Shown one piece after another: positions 49,001-58,048 of a stretch of DNA of 64,000 nucleotides. The notes beneath the pieces were generated by a model. That model worked only from the letters and a program-made list of their open reading frames with translations. It was not told the DNA's origin and did no database searches. Numbering within the stretch: position 1 is the stretch's first letter; each line of letters starts with the position of its first letter. Source of the stretch: Spirochaetia bacterium (GTDB lineage: Bacteria; Spirochaetota; Spirochaetia; SZUA-6; Bin103); assembly GCA_965203055.1 (NCBI GenBank), contig OZ241863.1:1312001-1376000 (forward strand), written 5' to 3'. Both the position numbers and the translations under genes were made by a program.

Positions 49001-52000
49001 GCACAAGAGGATCACGGGCGACCGCGGGCGCCTCGACGACCAGACCGCGCGCGCAACGGGAGGAGGTCGGCTGCCGTCCGAGCTTGAAACGGAAGTTATC
49101 CTATTGGAGCCCGATGATGAAGTCGCGGGCCTGTACCTCGACGTTCCGAAACTCGATGATGACGGCGTCCTGCGCATGATGTTGGAGAACGAGCATCCGC
49201 AGCGGTTCGTCAGATATATTATCGATCGACTCCGGTCGGACGGAGACCAGATCATTCTGCCGAATAACCGGCAGCTGCGCGATCTGCTCAAGAGCTGCCC
49301 GTGGCTCCCCGACCGTGACGCATACCTCGGCATCGCTCCGGGGCGACTCCTGTGTATTCCGCCGGAGCTACTGGCCTTGGTCGCCCCTCTATCCGCGGCG
49401 CTTGACGGGCATCGGCTTTCTTCACATGTTGCCCCCGATTGCTGGTCCGTCGCCAAGGACGTTGTGCACGAGATACTCGGGAGACCTAGCTCCGCGACGC
49501 AGGTTGAACGCTTGGCCGATGGGCTCGATACGGACGCTGTCGCTCAAGTTGAATCAGGAGCCTACCTCATTCTGCCTCACGCCGGCGATGTTGACCAACA
49601 GTTGATCGAGGATGCACTTCGGTCTCCGCTCGTCGAATCTCACCCCGGCTGGAAGATCGTACGAACCGCGGCGAATCTCGCGGGAATTACGGGCGGCCGG
49701 GTGCCTCGCGCCGTTTCGCGCCTGGCATGCGCTCTCTGTGCCCCGGTCCCTTCTGACCGCCAGTTGTCTACGCTGCAGCAAATTGCAGACTCGTGTCCCG
49801 GCAAGGACTCTCCCCCCGGCCGTCTGTTCCGCCGCTTGGTCGAGAAGTACGCCGAGGCCGATAACTTATTCTTCCAGAAAGTATTACCGTGTATCATGTT
49901 GCCGACTCAGGACGGCAAATGGCGGCGGGCTTCGAAAATAGCCCAATCGTCGTTCGGTGTCGCGCGGCACCACCGGATATTGAAGGACCTTCGCCGCGCC
50001 CTTCGACTTGATGACGGCGAGTCGGTCGGGAAGGAAGCCTCCGGTAAAACAGTGGTCAGGTCGGGAGAGACATCGGACTACGTGTTCGATCAGTACTTCA
50101 AGCCGTGGAAGGGGCGTCTCAACCGCGGCGCCGTCGGGGCGCTATTGAGTCTGTTCGGGAATGGCAACAGGATCGAGTTGCGCAGCGCCGACAACGAAGG
50201 CGCTATGCGACGGCTTGCCCAGAGTTGGCTCGGCGAAGTGGACGTTTCAGAAGTGCGGCGAAATTTGACCGGCGCCGATGAAGCTCCTTTTTCTACCGTC
50301 CCCGTGTTCGTTGTAGGGAGCAAGGAAGACGGGCGGGTCACGGCGGTCAATATCCTGGGCAACTCGGTAAGTATGACGGCTGACCGGGACAACAAAACCA
50401 TCTTCGCGACCGCCCCTAAGCGGGACAGGGCGGGTTTCTGGGAGGTCACACTGCGCCACGTGGAGCCCGCGAAGCACAGCGCGCAAAAACTCTACGAGAT
50501 GCTTGGCACGACCATCGAACTATGGGCAGTTAAGTACCTTAAAATCGACCGTCGCCGGATGCTGGAGTGGTGGCGGCGGTGGGGGACAGGCTCGCAGGCT
50601 CAGGTGGAACCGGTGAGAGCCCTGATTCTGGCCAATCTTCCCCTTACGCTCAGGAGGCTCGACGTGCGCGAGTGCCCAGCGTTGCAGGCCGCCGTCACAG
50701 ACGCGGAGCGGGCGCAGAGAAGGCGTGGACAGGCGGCCGGGCAGGAGCCGTATGCCGACCCCGCGAAGCGGGCGCTTGATCGTCTTGCATCGCTCATAGG
50801 CAAGCCCGAGCACAGCGATTTCCTGAGGGGACGAGTCCGGGACCGGATGGAAAGTTCCGGCTACACGGCCGAAAGCACCTTGCTGGAACTGGTGCAGAAT
50901 GCGGATGACGCGCTGGCGCAGGCGCGCGAGATCGCGGGACGCGAGCTATCGAAGGACGCGCGCAGCGTTGTGGTTCGCGTCGATGAACACGTCGGGCAGC
51001 CAACTGTCGACCTCAAGCACTTCGGGCGCCCGATCAACGACACCGGCGACGCCGAGTTTCTCGCCAGGCAGGATCGGGATCGGGAATGGGATCAGGACCT
51101 CTATTTCATGATGCTGATGGATCTAACCGCAAAGCCGGGCGAAGCCTCGGGGTCAGGAGCAGTGGCGTCGACGACCGGATGCTTCGGTCTCGGATTCAAG
51201 TCAGTCCACTTGGTTTCCGACGCTCCATCGGTGGTCAGTGGGTATATCGCCTTCTCCATCGCTGGCGGCCTGCTGCCAAAAGAGGAGCAAATCCCGGACG
51301 ATCCGGACCTGGAGTCGGTGGACGGCCAGCAGGTTACGCGTATCCGTCTGCCCCTGCGCCACGACGATGACTTGATTACCCGGATGTTCTGTCGCTTCTG
51401 CCACACCCGGTTCTTGTTACCCGCCTTTGCTAGAGAACTCCGGGAGATCGTGGTCGAGGGTGGGCCGTGGCCTGGAGTCAGTGTCTTCGACTGCGAACCG
51501 GTCGCAGGAGCACCGGGATGGTCCGTCGCCAGAACACCTGCCGAGCTCCCGAACGGCGGGTCGTGGCGCATCCTGCGCTTCCGGCCCGGCGGCGCGGAAA
51601 CCGGCACCGCGGCGCTCGTCCTGGGCCTCTGCGATGAGATGCCGGCTCCGTTCCCGCCCGACGTGTCGTTCCTCTGGAACGTAACTCCCACCACGGAGCT
51701 CTGGGGCTGCGGGTACGCAGTCAACGGACCATTCAAGCTCGACCACGGCAGGACACACGTCGCGCTGGATCACGAGAACACCCGGCGCGCGGCCATTCAG
51801 CTCGGCGAAGCGCTTGGAAAGGGGCTTGTGGCACTGCACGATGCGCTCGCCAATGATGCGGGGCCGGCATGCGGCCTGCCCGGAAGAGAGGGCGTCGCGA
51901 CCTTTACCGCGGCCCTCTGGAATGTGCTTTCTTCCGGAGTCGACACCGAAGATACCCTCCGCCGCGACTTCCTTGGCTGGCTACAAGGTCTGGGCAGCGG

Positions 52001-53690
52001 AATCTCGGCGTGGATGTTCGCCCGCTCTGTGGTGCCGTCGAAACTCCCGGCACCCTTCGGCAAACAGCTTCCGCCGTTGGCGTCGGTCAGGCGGCTGGAG
52101 GACATGCGGATCGAGTTCGTGGAGAACGGCGACTTGTGGCGCGCTGTCGCCGGTATCGAGGATCTGGCCCAGCTGGCGCGGAACCATCTGGTTGTTTCGG
52201 ATGCGGTAGCGGAGCGTCTGCGCCGGCTGTTGCCGAGGATCGAGATTAACCCGCTACAACCGATGGATCTCTTCAGGGAGCTGGTGGAGAGTTGGAGCCA
52301 CTGCCTTACACCGGAACGGCTGCATGCGCTGCGGCCAATCGAGCCGGAGCATGTCTGGAAGATGATCGGCGCCGAGTGGCCCACGAATCTTGTCGCTCAA
52401 TCGGTCGCCGGGGCGTTCGTTCCTTTGCGCGAGCTGTTGCTTCCACCGGGCCCGGAGACATCGGACGACGAGCCGAAACGCGCGGCGTTCGCTCCCGACG
52501 CGCACGTCCTGGACAGCGCCTACACACCCGAGGACGCGGCGGTGTTCCGCCGGCTGCGGATGCGGCTCCAAATCGATTCCGCCACCATGGCCGCCTGGTT
52601 CACCGACATCGACGACTCCAAGCGTCCCGCTGCGCTGCGATATCTGTTACACGGCAACCTTCAAAACGAAATCCTGGAGAAGCTCGTCCCATCCGAGACC
52701 CGGCCGCCATGGCTGAGCGACCATAGCGACGTAAGCCGTATGGTCGATGGCCTGAGCGACCCCTGGCGATGTGAATCTCTCCTTATCGCTCTGTTCCCTG
52801 ACCACGGGCGAAGCGCACCGGACACCCCAGGCGACCCTGAGACCGACTTCGCGCTCCACACTCACCCGCCGCCCGAGGACTTCTTTGAACGACTCCAGGA
52901 TTGGTGGGACGATTCGAGCAACCGACAAGTCGTCCTCGGCCGTCACGAGACGGAGACTTGGCCCGATTGGCTCAGAAGGGGCCGTATCGACCGTGATCTC
53001 GGTCAGGACTCCCACGACCATTGGCTTGCGCTGCTCGTCTTGGGTGCCTGCCAGGGACTTGGCCGCTCGGGGCTAAAACAGCACCGGGGTTTTCTCGAGG
53101 CTGCCCACCGCAAAGGATGGTGGAAGGTGTTCAAGCGGCCCAGCGAACCCGCAGACTGGATGGAAGTGCTTCGCTCCTGGCATGACAGCGCCGTGGACAC
53201 CTTAGAGTACTCATACTGGATGTCACTCTTTCCGACCATCTACTTGCTCAGTCGCTATCTGCGCAAATACCGGGACTTGTTGCGTACAGCAGATCAACGT
53301 CCGAATCTCGACGATCTGACACGGCTTCTGGCCCCTCGGAGCGATTCAGCGCTGAGCGGCGCCGGCCGCATCTTCGATGCGCCGCCAGCGCCGCTCAACA
53401 TGGGTTTACACTGGATCCTGCGCGAACTCGTACGGCTTGATGTTCTCGGCCGCGTTGAACACCTCTTGCCTTACTGCTGGGTGCCGTCGGACCAGGTACT
53501 CCGCTTCCTCGAGCGTCTTGGTCTTCCGTATCCTGAGAGCAACGCCTCCAACTCCGACAAAGCGCGGGCAGTGTACAACTTTCTTGAGCCGAGATTGAGG
53601 ACGCCACATCTTCATTACGCATTCGACATTCCGCTGCGCTACGTTGCCACCAATAAATACCTGCAGCGAAAGCTCGGTTTGTCGGACTGA
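46005..53690 (+). CDS. 2561-aa sacsin-like protein with two GHKL/HSP90-type ATPase modules
   Basis: Module 1: LRELMQNADDA...VVNDG...IGRFGVGLKSVFH...MHGYF. Module 2 (about 50880-51210): LLELVQNADDA...HFGRPIND...TGCFGLGFKSVH...VNGPF. Confidence 0.85.
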   Translation: MITTHFEKSPSPRIVRSAEDEITAIQRLLSDVYRDTGDGRTLLRELMQNADDAQASRLAFAVVDQGLRNPQNTLLGGPGLMVVNDGSFLERDQRALHQAIGDAKSADTEKIGRFGVGLKSVFHVCEAFVYLGAEPREPGPPTLRPGALNPWAGTGQDGDQDLLHPDWDTLEPSDAQVLLDAARAIIGFFTCGLLLWIPLRRRAHLDRAQEGEQDGLGTDLVDPKHVVTWFRHPDSLALVLAQCGHLRCVEAFRADTIPALDPRTALVRIDRPCFERRSWVGRYRDDDVRRTRTRTFKGIIRAGDQKWSVAGVDAVGHKRLREIRVASDWPKDRVYVDGRRDRVPRKALAHAAITVLHRPAAATGGVRLRWAVFLPLDDAVKQPYGPLIETVECASSTGWWDIIMHGYFWPSHDRRSIPGVTDDESSVRGRWNRGIRDDLMLPLLPQALEFAVRDVPQDVAGRLLGAVDRTEIVRRNNAAITKNHVLLPVVTECGMRWKTYRTDEARVVAIPWKDAPSSVRKAFVRRIDRASDVICIDDAAPRIGGTPRAWPADLLCGLLSCVSVDLLRTPLGLAWVEHCIKSVLERQHDDDDDARRTSARHLRLAGGRQRTGQVADWLAERIGEGALTACFDSPPDTRQNLRKTWRRVYERLPKEWLIPAPVESQRAVVELADAKAVGAGLLPIPFGVPRETAAAHPDPERLDGALRTLGILLRREGLQSEHDARLILAETLLAIRDARTLGNQLAQLPLIRALCLPEGRYEAWSQGDLHRRVAEHRVFARGDEPSSDQVDAGGGDGVDPAGVRTGRAGRAARQPRQAVKELAEAVCSSFWLVRSMPATAKVRPVSNEALAGALLHAKAISKDPEPRKSLLSALAAGAVGSLVGRAMRVLLTGVMAGGLEECDIYHVRSRDNRRTLDILLGVRRESWRVAEPKLIDALPQLFASLRIKEIDPGVLQELLRETLDKSSDDDWQLLPEPDVLHLLKHLYGTDRALWRAMPLHKRITGDRGRLDDQTARATGGGRLPSELETEVILLEPDDEVAGLYLDVPKLDDDGVLRMMLENEHPQRFVRYIIDRLRSDGDQIILPNNRQLRDLLKSCPWLPDRDAYLGIAPGRLLCIPPELLALVAPLSAALDGHRLSSHVAPDCWSVAKDVVHEILGRPSSATQVERLADGLDTDAVAQVESGAYLILPHAGDVDQQLIEDALRSPLVESHPGWKIVRTAANLAGITGGRVPRAVSRLACALCAPVPSDRQLSTLQQIADSCPGKDSPPGRLFRRLVEKYAEADNLFFQKVLPCIMLPTQDGKWRRASKIAQSSFGVARHHRILKDLRRALRLDDGESVGKEASGKTVVRSGETSDYVFDQYFKPWKGRLNRGAVGALLSLFGNGNRIELRSADNEGAMRRLAQSWLGEVDVSEVRRNLTGADEAPFSTVPVFVVGSKEDGRVTAVNILGNSVSMTADRDNKTIFATAPKRDRAGFWEVTLRHVEPAKHSAQKLYEMLGTTIELWAVKYLKIDRRRMLEWWRRWGTGSQAQVEPVRALILANLPLTLRRLDVRECPALQAAVTDAERAQRRRGQAAGQEPYADPAKRALDRLASLIGKPEHSDFLRGRVRDRMESSGYTAESTLLELVQNADDALAQAREIAGRELSKDARSVVVRVDEHVGQPTVDLKHFGRPINDTGDAEFLARQDRDREWDQDLYFMMLMDLTAKPGEASGSGAVASTTGCFGLGFKSVHLVSDAPSVVSGYIAFSIAGGLLPKEEQIPDDPDLESVDGQQVTRIRLPLRHDDDLITRMFCRFCHTRFLLPAFARELREIVVEGGPWPGVSVFDCEPVAGAPGWSVARTPAELPNGGSWRILRFRPGGAETGTAALVLGLCDEMPAPFPPDVSFLWNVTPTTELWGCGYAVNGPFKLDHGRTHVALDHENTRRAAIQLGEALGKGLVALHDALANDAGPACGLPGREGVATFTAALWNVLSSGVDTEDTLRRDFLGWLQGLGSGISAWMFARSVVPSKLPAPFGKQLPPLASVRRLEDMRIEFVENGDLWRAVAGIEDLAQLARNHLVVSDAVAERLRRLLPRIEINPLQPMDLFRELVESWSHCLTPERLHALRPIEPEHVWKMIGAEWPTNLVAQSVAGAFVPLRELLLPPGPETSDDEPKRAAFAPDAHVLDSAYTPEDAAVFRRLRMRLQIDSATMAAWFTDIDDSKRPAALRYLLHGNLQNEILEKLVPSETRPPWLSDHSDVSRMVDGLSDPWRCESLLIALFPDHGRSAPDTPGDPETDFALHTHPPPEDFFERLQDWWDDSSNRQVVLGRHETETWPDWLRRGRIDRDLGQDSHDHWLALLVLGACQGLGRSGLKQHRGFLEAAHRKGWWKVFKRPSEPADWMEVLRSWHDSAVDTLEYSYWMSLFPTIYLLSRYLRKYRDLLRTADQRPNLDDLTRLLAPRSDSALSGAGRIFDAPPAPLNMGLHWILRELVRLDVLGRVEHLLPYCWVPSDQVLRFLERLGLPYPESNASNSDKARAVYNFLEPRLRTPHLHYAFDIPLRYVATNKYLQRKLGLSD

Positions 53691-53692
53691 CT

Positions 53693-56368
53693 ATGCGACT
53701 TCCACCGGATTCAGTGGTCCGGCACGCGCGGTTCGGCCGGGGTCAGGTCATTATAGACGATGGCCGGAGCGTGGTGGTCCGTTTCGAACACAGTATCGAG
53801 GATTGCCTTCGGACCGACCTGGAATTGCTGCCCGGCTTATCCGAACGGGCAGCAACTGCCCAATTCGACCCCGCCGTCAACGTGGTAACCCGCATTCTGG
53901 GCAACTGCATCCTGTCGGTGAACGACTCGTGGGGCGTCTTTTCCTGTTCCCGAATTACGCTGCTTCCGCACCAGCTTTGGGTGTGTAAGCGCGTGCTCGA
54001 GTCGTGGCCGACGCGCTGGCTCGTCGCCGACGATGTCGGCCTTGGCAAGACCATCGAGGCAGGCCTGATTCTTACGCCCTTGCTGTCTTCCGGTCGTGTC
54101 CGTCGCCTTCTTATCCTCGCTCCGGCAAGTCTGGTAGAGCAGTGGCAGATGCGTCTGCGGGAGATGTTCGACATCCGCATCCCGATATACGCCGCCGCAG
54201 CCGACACGCCGAGGTCCGACTACTGGAACACGACCGACAAGGTAATAGCTTCTGCGCATACGCTGCGCATGAACACTGGCAACCGCTGGGAGCGGCTCAC
54301 GGAGGCGGCGCCTTGGGACTTGATACTGGTAGACGAGGCGCATCACATGAACGTCGACGAACAGCACGGACGTACGCTGTCCTTTCAGCTCATGGAGCGC
54401 CTCCATCGGCATGCCCGCGTCCGGTCACTGGTCCTGTTCACGGGTACCCCGCATCGCGGCAAAGATTACGGATTTCTCTCTTTGCTCAAGCTGCTGCGCC
54501 CCGCCGAATTCGACCCGCAGAAGCCGCTCGAAGCGCAGTTGGGAAAGCTCCGCAGTGTGATGATCCGCAACAACAAGCAGCGCGTCACGGACATGGAGGG
54601 TCGGTCGGTCTTCCTGCCGGTACGGCCGCGCAGCGAAACCTACTCCTATTCTCCGGAGGAGGAGCGGTTCTACGCGATGCTCACCAATTTCATCCTCAAA
54701 GGAAAGGCATACGCTGCCGGCCTTGGTCAGCGGCAGCGGCGTATGGCGATCTTGGTACTGATCACGATGCAGAAACTGGCCTCTAGCTCGATCGCTGCCG
54801 TGCGGCGTGCCCTCGCCGGGCGCCTGGCGCGACTTCACGGCACCAAATCGAAGTTGGAGAATGCCGTTCGATACCGGCGGCGTATCGAGGAGCTGGAGGC
54901 CGAAGACGACGCCGCCAATCAGGACGAAATATCCTGGCTGGAGGAGCTGTTCCTCGACAGTGTCGGCGATGCGATCAAGCTGAACCCGAACGAAATTCCG
55001 GCGATTGAAGAACTTCTTGCCGCCGCCGACGACGTAGACCAGGAGACAAAGGTAGCGCGCATCCTGAACGTGGTTGACCAGCAATTCCCAGGTCGCTCGG
55101 TGTTGTTCTTTACCGAGTACAAGGCGACCCAGGCACTGCTGATGAGCGCCTTGCATGCCCGATACGGCGACCGCTGCGTCACTTTCATCAACGGCGACGG
55201 ATTTATCGACGGAGTAAAGGATGCGACGGGACGCGAGTCGAAGATAACCGACGATCGACGTGAGGCCGCACGTCGGTTCAACGGTGGAGAGGTCCGCTTC
55301 CTCGTCTCTACCGAGGCAGCGGGCGAGGGTATCGACCTGCAGGAGTGCTGCAGCGCACTGATCCATGTCGATCTGCCCTGGAACCCGACGCGTCTGCATC
55401 AGCGGGTCGGGCGGCTGAGCCGTTACGGGCAGACCGAGCCGGTCGACGTGGTGACGGTACGCAACCCGGAAACTGTTGAGAGCCGGGTCTGGGAGTGCCT
55501 GGACCGGAAGCTCGATCGGATTACGCTAGCCTTTCAGGGAGCGATGGAAGACCCGGAAGACATGCGCCAACTTGTGATCGGCATGGCGTCGCCGAGGATG
55601 TACACGGACGTGTTCGCCAGCGCCCCCGATCTGCGCGGCGAGCGTCTGGAAGAGTGGTTCGATTCGAAGACTGCGACCTTCGGCGGCGAAGATGCGGTGA
55701 AGACCGTCGCCAGCATGTTCGGGAACGTCGCTCGGTTTGATTTCGGGGAGGCGGCCGCCCAGATTCCCAAAGTAGACCTCCCTGACCTGATCCCGTTCTT
55801 CAAATCGCTATGCGCCATGCTGCGTCGGCGGCCGACGCGGATCGACGACGTTCGCCTGGAATTTCATACGCCGCAGGAGTGGACGAAGGACGACTTTACG
55901 ATCGCTGATCACTACGCGCTACTGTTCGCCCGAGAGTCGCGCCCACGGGAGGGGGAAGACATCGCCGGGATCGGGCTTCGGGTGGTGGACCGGGCGCTGC
56001 GTGCGGCCGTTGACGCTACGGAATCGCTGGCGGCCATGCGAGATTTGGCCGGCCCCTTGGTCGTGTTCGCCCTTCGGGATCGGATCACCGGTTCGGAGCG
56101 CACGGTGCGTAAAACTGTCGTTGGCATGCAACGCGCTCACGATGGAGCCTGGGGGTTGCTGAGAGACTGGGAAGTGCTGAAACTCTTGAACCCGGCTGCC
56201 GACAGACCGCGCAGTACCGTGTTCGATGCCAAGCCCTCAGGGCAGGTGGGTGTAGCGGCGCTCCTGACCGAGGCCGAGCAGCACCTGGAGGCGCGGCTCG
56301 ACGACCTGAATTTACCGTTTCAGCTGCCTGTGATGGAGCATCTCGCCTGTCTGATTCCCGGACACTGA
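53693..56368 (+). CDS. SNF2/RapA-family SF2 helicase
   Basis: LLPHQ, LVADDVGLGKT, DEAHH, TGTPH, STEAAGEGIDLQ, LPWNPTRLHQRVGRLSRYGQ; starts 2 nt after the upstream stop. Confidence 0.93.
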   Translation: MRLPPDSVVRHARFGRGQVIIDDGRSVVVRFEHSIEDCLRTDLELLPGLSERAATAQFDPAVNVVTRILGNCILSVNDSWGVFSCSRITLLPHQLWVCKRVLESWPTRWLVADDVGLGKTIEAGLILTPLLSSGRVRRLLILAPASLVEQWQMRLREMFDIRIPIYAAAADTPRSDYWNTTDKVIASAHTLRMNTGNRWERLTEAAPWDLILVDEAHHMNVDEQHGRTLSFQLMERLHRHARVRSLVLFTGTPHRGKDYGFLSLLKLLRPAEFDPQKPLEAQLGKLRSVMIRNNKQRVTDMEGRSVFLPVRPRSETYSYSPEEERFYAMLTNFILKGKAYAAGLGQRQRRMAILVLITMQKLASSSIAAVRRALAGRLARLHGTKSKLENAVRYRRRIEELEAEDDAANQDEISWLEELFLDSVGDAIKLNPNEIPAIEELLAAADDVDQETKVARILNVVDQQFPGRSVLFFTEYKATQALLMSALHARYGDRCVTFINGDGFIDGVKDATGRESKITDDRREAARRFNGGEVRFLVSTEAAGEGIDLQECCSALIHVDLPWNPTRLHQRVGRLSRYGQTEPVDVVTVRNPETVESRVWECLDRKLDRITLAFQGAMEDPEDMRQLVIGMASPRMYTDVFASAPDLRGERLEEWFDSKTATFGGEDAVKTVASMFGNVARFDFGEAAAQIPKVDLPDLIPFFKSLCAMLRRRPTRIDDVRLEFHTPQEWTKDDFTIADHYALLFARESRPREGEDIAGIGLRVVDRALRAAVDATESLAAMRDLAGPLVVFALRDRITGSERTVRKTVVGMQRAHDGAWGLLRDWEVLKLLNPAADRPRSTVFDAKPSGQVGVAALLTEAEQHLEARLDDLNLPFQLPVMEHLACLIPGH

Positions 56369-56450
56369 TCAAGTAATTGGGTCGATGAGCAGAGCGTATC
56401 CGCAGATACCCTACCTTGGCTGCCCCCGTGACGTGGAGGAGTAACCGGTA

Positions 56451-58043
56451 GTGGCGCGTACGTTCAATACCGCAGGTCCGGTGGTGGCCGCGGACCATTA
56501 TTGCATCCCGCCGCTGGAACGGATCGATCTCGCCACCGTGCTCGGCTTGATCCGCGACAAGAAGTACTTCGTGCTGCACGCGCCGCGCCAGACCGGCAAG
56601 ACCTCGGCGCTGCTGGCGCTACGCGATCTGCTGAACGGCGGCGAGCACGGCGATTTTCGCTGCGTGTACGCCAACGTCGAAGCCGGCCAGGCGATGCGCG
56701 AGAACGTGGCGGAAGGCATGCGCACGGTGCTTGCCGAACTGGCGCTCCAGGCCAGCGTGACGCTGGGCGACGAGACGCTCGACGAACTCTGGCCCGGCGT
56801 GTTGGAGCGCGTGGGGCCGGGCGCGGCATTGCGGCACGCGCTGCTGCGCTGGAGCATGGCCGACAGGCGCCCGCTGGTGTTGCTGATCGACGAGATCGAC
56901 GCGCTGGTCGGGGACACCCTGCTGGCGGTCCTGCGCCAGTTGCGCGCCGGCTACGCCGACCGCCCGGCGCGCTTTCCGCACAGCATCATCCTGTGCGGGG
57001 TGCGCGACGTGCGCGACTACCGCATCCATTCAAGCGCCGAGAACCGGGCCGTGCTCGGCGGCAGCGCCTTCAACATCAAATCCGAATCGCTGCGGCTGGG
57101 CGATCTTTCGCCGCAGGAGACGCGGGCGCTGCTGGCGCAGCACACCGCGGCGACCGGGCAGGGGTTCACGGAGGGGGCGCAGGCGCTGGTCGGCGCGCGC
57201 ACCGCCGGCCAGCCGTGGCTGGTGAACGCGCTCTGCTACGACGCCTGCTTCCGCCACCCGCCGGGGTGCGACCGCTCGCGTCCCATCACCGCGGCCGCGG
57301 TCCTGGAGGCGCAGGAGCGGCTGATCCTGCGCCGCGACACCCACATCGACGATCTGGGTCACAAGCTGCGCGAAGAGCGCGTGCGGCGCGTGGTGGAGCC
57401 GATTCTGACCGGCGCCGACCGGCAGGCATGGTCGGCCGAGGATGTCGCCTACGCGCGCGACCTGGGACTGGTGGCGCAGGACGCCGCCGGCACGCCGCGC
57501 ATCGCCAATCCGATCTACGCCGAAGTGGTGCCGCGGCACCTCAACTACGCGGTGCAGGCGGGGCTGACGCAACAGATGGCGTGGTACGTAGGCGCGGACG
57601 GCGCGCTGGACGTGGCAGGCCTGGTCGCGGCGTTCCAGGAGTTCTTCCGCGAGCACTCCGAGCACTGGGTGCAGCGCTTCGAGCGGTACCACGAGGCCGG
57701 GCCGCAGTTGCTGCTGCAGGCGCACCTGCAGCGCATCGTCAACGGCGGCGGGCGGATCGAGCGGGAGTACGCGCTGGGGCGCGGGCGCACCGACCTGCTG
57801 ATCGTGTGGCCGCAGGGCGGGCGCGAACGCCGCTTCGTGGTGGAGTGCAAACTGCTGCGCAAGGACCTGGAACGAACCATCGCCGAGGGGGTGGAGCAGA
57901 CCCGCGGCTACATGGACCGCTGCGGCGCGGAGGCAGGACACCTGATCGTGTTCGACCGCGCCCCGAACCGAACCTGGGCCGACAAGATCTTCCGGCGCGC
58001 GCCGGCGGGCGGCGGCGCTCCGGTCACGGTCTGGGGAATGTAG
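56451..58043 (+). CDS. AAA-type ATPase with C-terminal PD-(D/E)XK nuclease-like domain
   Basis: Walker A APRQTGKTS, Walker B LLIDEID, C-terminal REY...GRTDLLI...VVECK. Confidence 0.87.
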   Translation: MARTFNTAGPVVAADHYCIPPLERIDLATVLGLIRDKKYFVLHAPRQTGKTSALLALRDLLNGGEHGDFRCVYANVEAGQAMRENVAEGMRTVLAELALQASVTLGDETLDELWPGVLERVGPGAALRHALLRWSMADRRPLVLLIDEIDALVGDTLLAVLRQLRAGYADRPARFPHSIILCGVRDVRDYRIHSSAENRAVLGGSAFNIKSESLRLGDLSPQETRALLAQHTAATGQGFTEGAQALVGARTAGQPWLVNALCYDACFRHPPGCDRSRPITAAAVLEAQERLILRRDTHIDDLGHKLREERVRRVVEPILTGADRQAWSAEDVAYARDLGLVAQDAAGTPRIANPIYAEVVPRHLNYAVQAGLTQQMAWYVGADGALDVAGLVAAFQEFFREHSEHWVQRFERYHEAGPQLLLQAHLQRIVNGGGRIEREYALGRGRTDLLIVWPQGGRERRFVVECKLLRKDLERTIAEGVEQTRGYMDRCGAEAGHLIVFDRAPNRTWADKIFRRAPAGGGAPVTVWGM

Positions 58044-58048
58044 CGCGA

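Noticed and set aside
53693..56368. DISARM drmD or housekeeping rapA call
   Set aside because: There is no drmA, drmB, drmC or methylase next to it, and it is coupled to a sacsin-like gene in a lower-GC island rather than a housekeeping context.
56451..58043. AAA-nuclease as third component of the sacsin-SNF2 system
   Set aside because: GC content returns to host level, and it has its own SD after an 82-nt gap. Not fully excluded; needs co-occurrence analysis.
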